Position numbers and translations under genes: made by a program | From: Nostoc sp. PCC 7120 = FACHB-418 | Lineage (GTDB): Bacteria; Cyanobacteriota; Cyanobacteriia; Cyanobacteriales; Nostocaceae | DNA: 32,000 nt | NCBI RefSeq assembly: GCF_000009705.1 | Contig: NC_003272.1 | Coordinates: 3,480,001-3,512,000, forward strand | Direction: 5' to 3' | In this document: positions 17,404 to 27,042 of the stretch, one piece after another | Position numbering within the stretch: position 1 is the first letter of the stretch | Layout: the number at the start of each line of letters is the position of its first letter | The notes under the pieces: generated by a model | What the model was told of the DNA's origin: nothing | Database searches by the model: none | The model's input: the letters and a program-made list of their open reading frames with translations, nothing else

Positions 17404-18015
17404 CTATTGACTAAGAACTAAAACCCATTCTTGGCTTTGGGGATTCCAACTGGGTTGAGGCGTTTCTCCGACAACATAAGGGCCCCAGTAGCGTCGGGAA
17501 CCATCTTGAGCAAAGGCTACTAAAATATCGCCTTTTTCCAGTTTCATGCTTCCATTTGGTAGAGAGAGTATTAACCCTCTTTCACTACCTTCTTGGGGAT
17601 CAAAATCCCAATGAGCAGGAACACCACTTTCTTTGGTAATTGAGCCTTTATTACTTGACTGGCGAGCTAATAAAGCCAATCGCACAGGTTGATCTGTTTG
17701 ATTACTCATGCGTAATTTACCCAGATACTTGGTGTCACTGGGTAATGATTGGCGTGCAGCCAAAACGGAATTTGTTGGCTTACTCTTTTGCGTAATTAAA
17801 TTCGTGGGTGAATTTGTTTTATTTACAACTTCAGTAGAATTACCCGGTAAAACCGGGTTGTTTTTTATCTCCTGAATATCGGTAGACATACTTGAAGGTA
17901 TATCTGGATTTGTAGCTTCAATTGATACTGTCATTCCCCAGCAACCTACCAGTAACCCCAGTAGACCCAAGGCGCAAGCTGTTACCACAGCGTTACGATA
18001 CACTGAAGATTTCAT
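17404..18015 (-). CDS. Putative lipoprotein of unknown function
   Basis: I prefer the ATG at 18015, which gives MKSSVYRNAVVTACALGLLGLLVGC (signal peptide plus lipobox LVGC). The ORF-track start at 18060 is a TTG and adds 15 residues that do not resemble a signal peptide. Confidence 0.6.
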   Translation of the reverse strand: MKSSVYRNAVVTACALGLLGLLVGCWGMTVSIEATNPDIPSSMSTDIQEIKNNPVLPGNSTEVVNKTNSPTNLITQKSKPTNSVLAARQSLPSDTKYLGKLRMSNQTDQPVRLALLARQSSNKGSITKESGVPAHWDFDPQEGSERGLILSLPNGSMKLEKGDILVAFAQDGSRRYWGPYVVGETPQPSWNPQSQEWVLVLSQ

Positions 18016-18493
18016 ATTGATATTGATTTTAGAAATAATTATTTTTGTAGGCTTGACCAAATAGTAGCCTATTCTCCCTAGAGATAATCAAATAAAATTG
18101 CTTACTTCCTGGGTGTGTAATTCTGTAGAATTTTGCTCAAGAATGTAGCATAAGTATCAGTTTTCCCAAAAACTGGAAGCATGAATAATTACCTGATTTT
18201 TTAACGGAGAAAGGGTTTAAAAGCTTAATTATGCTGGGAATGACGTATAATTTTAGCCGGAATATCCATATTATAAAATACATTAATTATATATTTATAC
18301 CGATAAAGACAATAATAATTTTTGGGAAGTAAGTAGTTTGAGGCACAAGCTATTCTCCCCCAAAACTAGGTCTTGGGCAAAAAAAATGTTTACATTTCGT
18401 AACATTACCCCAGTGAATTAATCAGAACCCCTTGCTTTAAACTAATTTGATGAAGCCTTCCTGACTGCCCATCATTTCCCAAAAACCTCACCG

Positions 18494-18826
18494 ATGCAAA
18501 ACACTCGTCTTAACAACTTGTTCGATACCATTGCTCGGCAGTTGGGGCAATGGTTTTTAAATCCTTGGCGGCGGTTGTCGCTACTATTGATTAGCTTTCT
18601 GTTCGGCATTTTTCTAGGTACAGCAATTTCTACCACGGCAGGTCAAAGGTCAGAACTAGATATTGTGATCGCGGCATTTTTAGTATTCCTGACAGAGGTT
18701 ACCAGCAGAATATTTTATATGCAAGGCTTTTTCGCTAGGCGATCGCTCTTAGTAGAATCACTCAATCTTCTCAAAGTCGGTTTTATCTATAGCCTGTTTA
18801 TTGAAGCCTTTAAGCTGGGATCATAG
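18494..18826 (+). CDS. ycf20: Ycf20-like (DUF565) small membrane protein
   Basis: 110 aa. RLNNLFDTIARQLGQWFLNPWRRLSLLLISFLFGIFLGTAISTTAGQ matches my recollection of the cyanobacterial/plastid Ycf20 family. Two or three TM segments. Confidence 0.65.
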   Translation: MQNTRLNNLFDTIARQLGQWFLNPWRRLSLLLISFLFGIFLGTAISTTAGQRSELDIVIAAFLVFLTEVTSRIFYMQGFFARRSLLVESLNLLKVGFIYSLFIEAFKLGS

Positions 18827-18852
18827 TTAGGAATGAGGAGTTGGGCGACGTG

Positions 18853-19857
18853 ATGCAAGTTGGGCAGAAAGAAGCGGAGGCAGCAGCTTTAGCAGATGAA
18901 TTAAGGGCTAAAGCTTTTGGGATCACGGCGGCAAATGTAGAGGAAATGATCCAAGAGCGATCGCAGCTTTTACAAGGGGTGCTGCCAGCTTTTAATCAGT
19001 TCTGTCAAAATAATCTGAAAATACCACCAGAACAAATGTTCCCGGTTTTGTGGGACTTATGGCTACCACTGGGGATGAAAATAGCCGCACAACATCAACA
19101 GTTAAAACGCCCCTTTATTCAAGGAATTTTAGGTAGTCAAGGAACGGGTAAAACTACCATGTCCCTGGTGATTCAGCTCATTCTCCAGCATTTGGGATAT
19201 CGTACCTTGAGTTTGTCGTTAGATGACTTATATAAAACTTATAGCGATCGCCTAGTTTTACTCCAACAAGACCCTCGTTTAATTTGGCGTGGCCCACCAG
19301 GAACCCATGATATTGATTTAGGTTTGAATGTTTTAGAACAAATCCGTCAAGGAAAAAGCCCTGTAATTGTTCCCCGCTTTGATAAATCTGCTCATGCTGG
19401 TGCAGGCGATCGCACTAAGCCAGATGTCATTACAGGAGTTGATATTTTAATTTTTGAGGGATGGTTTGTTGGTGTCCGCCCAATTGATCCCAGCCTCTTT
19501 AATTTCCCCCCATCGCCGATTCTCACCGATGAAGATAAAGCCTTTGCTCGTGATATGAATCTTCGGCTAAATCATTATTTACCACTATGGGAGAAATTAG
19601 ACAGTTTAATTTTGTTGTATCCCACTGATTACCGTTGCTCTCTGGAATGGCGCAAACAAGCCGAACAAAAAATGATTGCTGCTGGTAAAACAGGAATGTC
19701 AAATACACAAATAGAAGAATTTGTAAATTATTTCTGGCGATCGCTACATCCTGAATTATTTATTCAACCCTTATCTCAATGTGCTGCTCTAGTCGATTTA
19801 GTAGTTGAGATTCACCCTGATCATACATTTGGTCAAGTTTATCAACCGAATTGGTAA
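18853..19857 (+). CDS. D-glycerate 3-kinase (plant/cyanobacterial GLYK type, P-loop kinase)
   Basis: P-loop GILGSQGTGKTT, PRFDKSAHAGAGDR and FEGWFVG. The start is ambiguous: TTG 18841, GTG 18850 or ATG 18853. The GAGGAG at 18835-18840 favours 18850 or 18853. Confidence 0.7.
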   Translation: MQVGQKEAEAAALADELRAKAFGITAANVEEMIQERSQLLQGVLPAFNQFCQNNLKIPPEQMFPVLWDLWLPLGMKIAAQHQQLKRPFIQGILGSQGTGKTTMSLVIQLILQHLGYRTLSLSLDDLYKTYSDRLVLLQQDPRLIWRGPPGTHDIDLGLNVLEQIRQGKSPVIVPRFDKSAHAGAGDRTKPDVITGVDILIFEGWFVGVRPIDPSLFNFPPSPILTDEDKAFARDMNLRLNHYLPLWEKLDSLILLYPTDYRCSLEWRKQAEQKMIAAGKTGMSNTQIEEFVNYFWRSLHPELFIQPLSQCAALVDLVVEIHPDHTFGQVYQPNW

Positions 19858-19901
19858 TCGGTTATTGAAGGAAATATCTACCTTAGCTTCTAACTTCTTG
19901 C

Positions 19902-20894
19902 TTAAGCTAGTCGATGGTGAGCATTTAAAAAATAAACAGGAGAGGATGATTGTTTAATATATTGTTGACAGCCATCACGTCCGGTCATTTTGGCTTGATA
20001 TAATGCGCGATCGGCTGCATTAATAATTTCTTGAAAATCAGAGTTGGGTACGGGAATTTCTGTAGCTACCCCAGCACTTATAGTGACACAAGTATTAGCT
20101 TGAGAAGTGAGATGGGTAATTTGCAATTCTCTGACAGCAGTGCAGATAGCGTTAGCTAAATGAATAGCTCCATCAGGATATGTTCTGGGTAGGATCACAG
20201 CAAATTCTTCGCCACCATAACGAGCGACTACATCAGCAGGCCGATTAACGCAGCTTTCGATCGCTTTTGCCACCAATTGTAAACAGCGATCGCCCGCCCG
20301 ATGACCATAAGTATCGTTGTAAGCTTTAAAAAAATCGACATCACACAAAATCAGAGATAACGGTAGTTGATCCCGCGCCATGCGTTGCCACTCTTGAGCG
20401 CAATATTCCTCAAATCTGCGGCGGTTGGCTACTTGAGTTAACTCATCAATCGTCACCAACCTTTGCAATTCTCTGTTAGCCGCTTCTAGCTTTTGTTGGA
20501 GATGGAATTGCTGAATTAAACGTTTGACCCGTTGACGCAAAACTGGCCAGTGAATGGGTTTGGTAACATAATCAATTGCTCCCACCTCAAATGCCCGATC
20601 AACTGATTCTTGATCCTCTAGTCCAGTAATCATTAAGACTGGTGTGTATTTACCGTCTTCTAATAACTGCAAACGAGTGCAACACTCAAAGCCGTCTAGG
20701 TCAGGCATGATTGCATCCAGCAGTACGATATCAGGTTGCAGTTCTTGAAAAATAGCCAAAGCCTGTCTACCATCCTCAGCCTCGGCTGTGCGGTAGCCTT
20801 CGCATTGTAGAGAGAGCCGTAACTGCGCTCGGATGAATGGTTCATCATCGACAATGAGAATGAGGCATTGGCTCTCTGGAACTGTATTTTTCAT
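19902..20894 (-). CDS. Response regulator with REC plus GGDEF domains (diguanylate cyclase)
   Basis: REC: LILIVDDEPF, phospho-acceptor D60 in DIVLLDAIMPDLDG, and YVTKP. GGDEF: an intact GGEEF at aa 227-231, with an RxxD I-site (RPAD) five residues upstream. The start ATG overlaps the kinase stop (ATGA at 20891-20894). Confidence 0.9.
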   Translation of the reverse strand: MKNTVPESQCLILIVDDEPFIRAQLRLSLQCEGYRTAEAEDGRQALAIFQELQPDIVLLDAIMPDLDGFECCTRLQLLEDGKYTPVLMITGLEDQESVDRAFEVGAIDYVTKPIHWPVLRQRVKRLIQQFHLQQKLEAANRELQRLVTIDELTQVANRRRFEEYCAQEWQRMARDQLPLSLILCDVDFFKAYNDTYGHRAGDRCLQLVAKAIESCVNRPADVVARYGGEEFAVILPRTYPDGAIHLANAICTAVRELQITHLTSQANTCVTISAGVATEIPVPNSDFQEIINAADRALYQAKMTGRDGCQQYIKQSSSPVYFLNAHHRLA

Positions 20895-23800
20895 GATGTC
20901 TCCTTGTTCACTTCTCTGTGCAAAGCCGTTTGGACTAGTTCATACTCTTGACGTAACTGTGAGCCAAGTTCTACACAACCCTCTAGATTGTTATTGCGCC
21001 CCTTCGTTTCTAGTAATTTACAAAGTTGTGCTAAAAAAACCGCCCCAACTGAGCCACTACTAGATTTAAATTTGTGCGCTGTCTTCCATATTCCCTGAGT
21101 ATCTTTCGTATTAATAGCTACATCTATATTTTGAATCAATTTTGGGGATTCGGTGAGGTAACAGTTGATTAATTCAGCAAATGCTACTTTATCTCCTCCT
21201 AACATATCCCGTAATGCTTGTAAAATTTTTGTATCTATTGTGGCAAATTTTAAATCACTAATGTCTGTAAAAGTCTGATTTTGGCTACTGGTTTTTTCCA
21301 GTGCTTTCTCTATAGCACTACCTGAGGGGTGACATTTGCCCAGTGCCTTGGCTAACTCCTCAAGTTGTAAAGGCTTGCTAATGTAGTGATCCATTCCCGC
21401 CGCCAAGCAAGCTTCGCGATCGCCCCGCATGGCATTAGCTGTCATAGCGATAATATATGGACGAGAACTAGGACTCCAAGTTTGACAAATGATTTGGCTG
21501 GCTTTCAACCCGTCCATTTCTGGCATATTCACATCCATCAGCACTACATCATAGAACTGACGCTGTAAAGCTTCCAGCACTTCTAGTCCATTAGCCACTA
21601 CATCTGCTCGATAACCCATTTTTTTCAGGATCAGCAGAGCCACTTTCTGATTCACCACTATATCTTCTGCTAGCAAAATGCGTAGAGGTATCTGCTGTGC
21701 CAGGCATGAATTGATTTCAGTGGAACGATCAGGAACAACGCTAGCACGGATAGGTTGATTGCCCAAAGTAGAAGCTAAGACATCATAAAGTTGAGATTGT
21801 TTAATTGGTTTATTCAAACAAGCTGCAAATTCGATATCACTCAAGTCAGTATCTGGTTGACCCCAAGAAGTTAAAATCACCAAGGGTAGGTGTTGATAAC
21901 TAGGACGCTGACGAATTTGCCTTGCCAGTGTCAGACCGTCCATTTCCGGCATCTGCACATCCAAAATGGCAATATCAAAGGCCATTCCCTGGTCTATCAG
22001 AGCTAAAGCTTCAGCACCAGATGGAGCTGTGTAAGTTTCCATCTGCCAAGGTTCGGCTTGTAATCTCAAAATCTGGCGATTTGTCGGATTATCATCGACA
22101 ATTAGCAACCGTTTACCACTTAGTTGGACTGGGGAAGTGATGGGAGTCTCTAAATCTGCATGAGCCACCACAGGCACAGTCATAGAAAAATAAAAGGTGG
22201 AACCTGTAGCCACAGAAGCGGATGAGATTGAGTTTTTAGTTTGCCATCCAGGGGGAGGGTTGCCACCAACGCACCCCCGACTTTCTACCCAAAGATAGCC
22301 GCCCATCATCTCACCCAATCTTTTACTGATAACGAGTCCTAGTCCTGTACCGCCATATTTTCTTGTCATCGAAGCATCAGCCTGGACAAATGGTTGAAAT
22401 AACAAATCCATTGTTTCCGGGGCAATACCAATACCTGTATCTTTGATGGTAAAGATAATTTCGCAGCAGTTCTTGTTTTTTTGGTTGGGTGATGGCTGGC
22501 TACGCACAGAGACTACAACTTCTCCTTCTGGGGTAAATTTGATCGCATTGTTGAGGAGATTCGTCAAAATCTGCCGCAGGCGAGTTAAATCTCCAGCGAT
22601 TTGCATGGGTACCTGAGGATGAATCAGGTAAGCGAGTTCAATATCTTTTTGGGCAGCTTTAGCGGCTAAGAGGTCGATGACTTGTTCTACACAAGTCCTC
22701 ACCTCAAAAGGTTGTTCTTCCAGTTCTAACTTACCAGATTCAATTTTGGAGAAATCTAGGATGTCATTAATAATACTCAACAAAGCATCGCCACTCGTGA
22801 GAACTGTTTCCACAAAGTCTCGTTGTTGGGAAGTTAATTCCGTATCTAAGAGTAATCCTGTCATCCCGATCACAGCATTCATGGGAGTGCGGATTTCGTG
22901 GCTCATCATGGCCAAAAATTCGCTTTTTGCCCGATTGGCGGCTTCTGCTGCCCTTTTTGCTTGTTCTAAGGCAAAATTCTTGATAGTGAGTTCTTCCCGT
23001 TGGCGGGTTTCCTGCTCTAATAACTGAGCTTGGGCTAAGGCTATACCCAATTGAGCCGCCACGGCTTCTAGTAATTCAATTTCTTCGTTAGTCCACTGGC
23101 GAAAATACCCACACTGGTGTAAACAAATAGCTCCGCTTGGTTCCCCTTGATAGGAAGTACGGACGGCTAGCATGGACTTGACCCCAATTTCACAGCAGCT
23201 AGGTACTGCTGTTTGTAGTAAAGGATCGGTGTAGACATTGGCAGAGGCGATCGCCTTATCCTGGGACATCATTTTTAAAATGTGCTGATTCCCCGTGGTA
23301 GTAAATTCCCATTTCTGCATTGAGCAGTAATCGAGAACGTTGTTATATTCAGCGACTAAGGGAATATGTGGGTCATGATGACTAATGTAAGAATGTATGA
23401 GGCAGCGATCGACTGCTAAAGCCTGTCCAATTTGGGTGGCAGCTGTTTCAAAAATTTCTTTACTATCGAGACTCTGGCGAATTTTTTGGGTAATTTTTTC
23501 TAGTAATAAGGTTCTGTGTAATTGTCTTTGTAAGGCTTCTTGAGCTTCTATGCGTTCAGTAATGTCTTTGATAGAACCAACCATCCGCACCGGATTACCC
23601 TGCTCATCCCATTGACCAGTGGCATGAACTAATACCCACCTATAGCTGTCATCGTTACAACGCAAACGATACTCCACTACATAATTAGGAATTTTCCGAC
23701 TGAGACAATCTTGCTTAACTGCCATAACCCGCTCATAATCATCGGGATGAATGCGGCTAACGCAATCTGCGTGATCAGCTATGGGTTGATAGTTTTGTTC

Positions 23801-26344
23801 TTTGATCAGTTCTGCCCACCGCGCAGAACGAAAAGTTTCATTGGTGATGATATTCCAATCCCAAATAGCGTCTTGATTACCTTCAATGACTAATTGCCAA
23901 CGTTCTTCACTTTTTCTCAGGGCTGCTTCGGCTTGTTTGCGTTCAGTAATATCAATAGCAATACAGCCAATTAAACACTCGTCAGGTTTACTAGATATGG
24001 GAAATTTATAAACCAAAAAATCTCGTCCTGTGCCATCACTACAGGGTGCAGACTCTACAGTTTCCATAACTTGACGGGTACGAGCAACTATTTGGATAGT
24101 TTCTCGGAAAGTTTGAGTCAATTCGGGTGGATAAATGTCAACAATATTTTTACCGATAAGTTCTTGTGTTGGTAATTGAAAAGTACGCCGATAAGTTTCG
24201 CTCACATAAACAATCGTGCCATCTATATCCGTAATCCAAGCAGGTGTGGGGCTATGATTCATGAATGCTTGAAAACGTTCTTCGCTACGCCTGAGCAATA
24301 ATTCAGCGTGCTTGCGTTCAGTAATGTCACGATTGACGCTAATTGTTGCCATACTTTGTCCCTGGTCATCCTGTAGGGCAACTATGGTTGTTTCACAAAT
24401 TCCTTGACTGCCATCCTGGCGAACAAAGTTAATTTCTCCTGACCAACGTCCTTGCTTGGTGATTTCTGCAATAATGGCGCTATTTAGGGCTGCATCCTCG
24501 TCTACCTTGTGCAGAGTACTAATACTTTGTCCACAAATATGATTTTTGCTATAACCAAACATCCTTTCTGCGGCGGGATTCCAGTCCAGAATTTGCCCTT
24601 GTAAGTTGGTGATAATCACACCATCGTAAATATTTTCAAAGGTGAGGGCTTGCCGACGTAAAGAGGCTTCTGCTTGCTGGCGATCGCTAATATCAGTTTG
24701 AATGCCAATAAAGTGACTTAACTGGCCATTGTCGTTATAAATGGGAGAGACACTCAACTGATTCCAAAATAAACTGCCATCTTTGCGATAGTTACGCAGA
24801 ATCACCTTACAATTTTTGCCTGCTTTGAGTGCTGACCTCAATTCTTCGATTGCTGATTGTTGAGTGTCGTTACCTAGCAAAAAACGACAGTTGCGTCCGA
24901 CAACTTCTGTCGCTTTATAACCTGTGATCTGCTCAAAGGCAGAGTTAACATATATGACTGGATAATGGGGAAGTTTAGCATCGCTAATAACAATGCCATT
25001 ACTGCTGGCAGCTAATGCTCGTTCCCGTAATCTCAAAGTTTCTTCAACTCGCTTGAGGTCGGTAATATCAAACATGAACCCCCGCAGCATTACGGGAGTT
25101 CCATCAACTTGCACTACATTCACAACGTCTCGTAGCCAGACAACTCTGCCATCAGCCGCTAGCATTCGGTATTCCAACTCGTGGTTCTGCCCTTTGTTGG
25201 CCGCCTCCTGGCAAAATCTCACTGCCCAATCCCGGTCAAGGGTATGTAGATGATTGTCCCAGAAATTTTCTTCGTACCATTGAGCAACGGGGTATGCCAA
25301 TAAAGTTTCTACTTGCGGCCCAACATAGGTGAAATGCTGAGTTTTTAAGTCAAATTCCCAAGGTATAACTCTGACTGTTTCTACTAACTCTCGCAAACGG
25401 GTTTCACTGGCACGCAAGGCAATTTCTACCTGTGTTTGTTTTTCAATTCTGTCAGCTAGTTCTTGGTTGATTCTGCCAATCTTATGGTTACTGAGTTTGG
25501 TGGCTTGAGCAAAATAAATGAGTAGGGTAACTGCCCCAGCATTGAAAATTCCGGCTACTAATACAACTGTTGGCAGAGGTGAAAATAAATCTTTTAATAG
25601 CTCTGGAGTTGGGTAAATCTGCAATTGCCAAGTCATCCCATAAAAGTCGATGTTCACTGCCTGTTGCCATAATGGCAGGGTTGACGACTGTCTATCTTGG
25701 TCATAGATCAACTCTTGACCATCAAATACTCTAATTTTGTAACCTGGTGCTATGTGTAAAACTGACTCAAACAACTGTTTAACTTGAAAAACTCCTAAGA
25801 CGGCACCACCAAATTTATCTCCCATCCATAGAGGTACACAAGCGAAGAATACCCGATCGCCTTGGTTGAGGTTAACTGTACGAGTTACCGTAGTTTCATG
25901 GCTCGTCGCTCCCGTCCATTGTGGGAATTTTGGTATCATCTCTAAATTCTCGGCTGCTTTGTTGTTTGCTACAGAAACAGCCCGCAGCACTTGCCATGAT
26001 GGGTCAACTAGCTTGATGGCTTGATAACCTCCATAATCTTCAAGATATGCTTTTGCTTCCAGTTCCCATTGCGCCTGGGGAATGTTACCGTGCATTTCCC
26101 AGTGTTTACCTATGCGTTTTAATGCCAGAATGCGAGTATTAAGTTGTGTTACTAATTCAGTTTGGGTGGCGATCGCTTGCTGTTTAATCAACTGTTGAAT
26201 TTTGATTTCTTCTTCGGCTTGTAGTCTCAGCCACAGCATCACCACAACCAATAAAATCACAATACCAAGCAAAAACGGCAGCAAATTTTGTTTGCTTAAC
26301 AAATTCACTGAATTACATCGGTGATGTTTGTGCTGCCTATTCAC
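20891..26344 (-). CDS. Hybrid sensor histidine kinase: TM, periplasmic sensor, TM, PAS, LOV, 3x PAS, GAF, HisKA, HATPase_c, REC, REC, HPt
   Basis: 1817 aa. The GTG start at 26344 is preceded by GGAGGTG (26351-26357 on the minus strand). H-box MMSHEIRTP (H1149) and GTGLGLVIS (G2 box). REC acceptors are D1462 and D1604. HPt is AHKFKSSSGSVGA (H1757). LOV is GRNCRFLLG (C486). Confidence 0.9.
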   Translation of the reverse strand: MNRQHKHHRCNSVNLLSKQNLLPFLLGIVILLVVVMLWLRLQAEEEIKIQQLIKQQAIATQTELVTQLNTRILALKRIGKHWEMHGNIPQAQWELEAKAYLEDYGGYQAIKLVDPSWQVLRAVSVANNKAAENLEMIPKFPQWTGATSHETTVTRTVNLNQGDRVFFACVPLWMGDKFGGAVLGVFQVKQLFESVLHIAPGYKIRVFDGQELIYDQDRQSSTLPLWQQAVNIDFYGMTWQLQIYPTPELLKDLFSPLPTVVLVAGIFNAGAVTLLIYFAQATKLSNHKIGRINQELADRIEKQTQVEIALRASETRLRELVETVRVIPWEFDLKTQHFTYVGPQVETLLAYPVAQWYEENFWDNHLHTLDRDWAVRFCQEAANKGQNHELEYRMLAADGRVVWLRDVVNVVQVDGTPVMLRGFMFDITDLKRVEETLRLRERALAASSNGIVISDAKLPHYPVIYVNSAFEQITGYKATEVVGRNCRFLLGNDTQQSAIEELRSALKAGKNCKVILRNYRKDGSLFWNQLSVSPIYNDNGQLSHFIGIQTDISDRQQAEASLRRQALTFENIYDGVIITNLQGQILDWNPAAERMFGYSKNHICGQSISTLHKVDEDAALNSAIIAEITKQGRWSGEINFVRQDGSQGICETTIVALQDDQGQSMATISVNRDITERKHAELLLRRSEERFQAFMNHSPTPAWITDIDGTIVYVSETYRRTFQLPTQELIGKNIVDIYPPELTQTFRETIQIVARTRQVMETVESAPCSDGTGRDFLVYKFPISSKPDECLIGCIAIDITERKQAEAALRKSEERWQLVIEGNQDAIWDWNIITNETFRSARWAELIKEQNYQPIADHADCVSRIHPDDYERVMAVKQDCLSRKIPNYVVEYRLRCNDDSYRWVLVHATGQWDEQGNPVRMVGSIKDITERIEAQEALQRQLHRTLLLEKITQKIRQSLDSKEIFETAATQIGQALAVDRCLIHSYISHHDPHIPLVAEYNNVLDYCSMQKWEFTTTGNQHILKMMSQDKAIASANVYTDPLLQTAVPSCCEIGVKSMLAVRTSYQGEPSGAICLHQCGYFRQWTNEEIELLEAVAAQLGIALAQAQLLEQETRQREELTIKNFALEQAKRAAEAANRAKSEFLAMMSHEIRTPMNAVIGMTGLLLDTELTSQQRDFVETVLTSGDALLSIINDILDFSKIESGKLELEEQPFEVRTCVEQVIDLLAAKAAQKDIELAYLIHPQVPMQIAGDLTRLRQILTNLLNNAIKFTPEGEVVVSVRSQPSPNQKNKNCCEIIFTIKDTGIGIAPETMDLLFQPFVQADASMTRKYGGTGLGLVISKRLGEMMGGYLWVESRGCVGGNPPPGWQTKNSISSASVATGSTFYFSMTVPVVAHADLETPITSPVQLSGKRLLIVDDNPTNRQILRLQAEPWQMETYTAPSGAEALALIDQGMAFDIAILDVQMPEMDGLTLARQIRQRPSYQHLPLVILTSWGQPDTDLSDIEFAACLNKPIKQSQLYDVLASTLGNQPIRASVVPDRSTEINSCLAQQIPLRILLAEDIVVNQKVALLILKKMGYRADVVANGLEVLEALQRQFYDVVLMDVNMPEMDGLKASQIICQTWSPSSRPYIIAMTANAMRGDREACLAAGMDHYISKPLQLEELAKALGKCHPSGSAIEKALEKTSSQNQTFTDISDLKFATIDTKILQALRDMLGGDKVAFAELINCYLTESPKLIQNIDVAINTKDTQGIWKTAHKFKSSSGSVGAVFLAQLCKLLETKGRNNNLEGCVELGSQLRQEYELVQTALHREVNKETS
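24680..25024 (-). other. LOV (flavin-binding blue-light) domain within the hybrid kinase, aa ~441-555
   Basis: IVISDAKLPHYPVIYVNSAFEQITGYKATEVVGRNCRFLLG...ILRNYRKDGSLFWNQLSVSPIYNDNGQLSHFIGIQTDIS. The adduct-forming Cys codon TGT lies at 24887-24889. The flavin-contact residues NCRFL, RNYRKDG, FWN and GIQ.DI are all present. Confidence 0.85.
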
Positions 26345-27042
26345 TTATTTCACCTCCAGCACATTTAATATGGGTCACACTACTTAACACTAGTCTTCAT
26401 TTGTATGTCAATAAAAATACTAATAACAACAGGACATTCACCTAAATTATTTCTAGGAAAAATGAGGTAGGAAATCCTCACCTGAGTTAGATAGTTTTTA
26501 TTGAAGAATCTTTATGGTAAATTCTTTATAAAAGCCGTGCAAGCGATATTAATTTATATTTGGTTCTTTCACAACAAAAATTAATTTAACTTTAATATTT
26601 ATATATCTAATGGGTATCAAAGTTATGAACTTAAACCATCAATAAAATAATTTAAATGTGTGGCTATTAACCTGTTATCTGCTGTTAAATATAACTATTG
26701 GTTTTGGTAAAAATAAGACATATATATTAGTTAGATAATTCCCATGAAAATTCTCTATTGTTAATGGTTTTCATGAGGAAATAGAACATATTTATTACCT
26801 CATGGTTAAAACATTTGCTAAAAAGCCCGTGAATGAAGGTCGTAGATAGAGTTAGATTTAGCTGCCTATGAAAGGAGGGTAAAATCATGAAATATCCACT
26901 AATAGATCACAACATAAATAATAACTCATTGCCCACAAAAATGTTTACTTTGTATGAAATTTGATTTCTCTAGCTTGCGTCCCTGGGTCGGCGTAAGCCT
27001 CCCCGTAGGATATCCCGCCTTAATAACCTTCTGTTTACGTTA

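Noticed and set aside
18016-18060. N-terminal extension of the lipoprotein ORF (TTG at 18060); likewise the TTG at 28569 for selO
   Set aside because: In both cases an internal ATG gives a sensible N-terminus: a signal peptide with lipobox for the lipoprotein, and MTLAETF for SelO. The extensions add residues that do not fit.
23015-23497. The kinase GAF domain as a bilin-binding cyanobacteriochrome or phytochrome module
   Set aside because: At the position where photosensory GAFs carry the Cys-His dipeptide, this domain reads PSCCEIG, with no His after the Cys. No DXCF motif is present either. It is probably a non-photosensory GAF, although only an alignment can confirm this.
20833-25670. 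Small ORFs on either strand within the hybrid kinase gene (20833-21063, 21386-21568, 21922-22140, 22677-23027, 23711-23893, 24993-25253, 25488-25670)
   Set aside because: They are embedded in a continuous 1817-aa CDS whose domains are recognisable along its whole length. None shows an independent signal.
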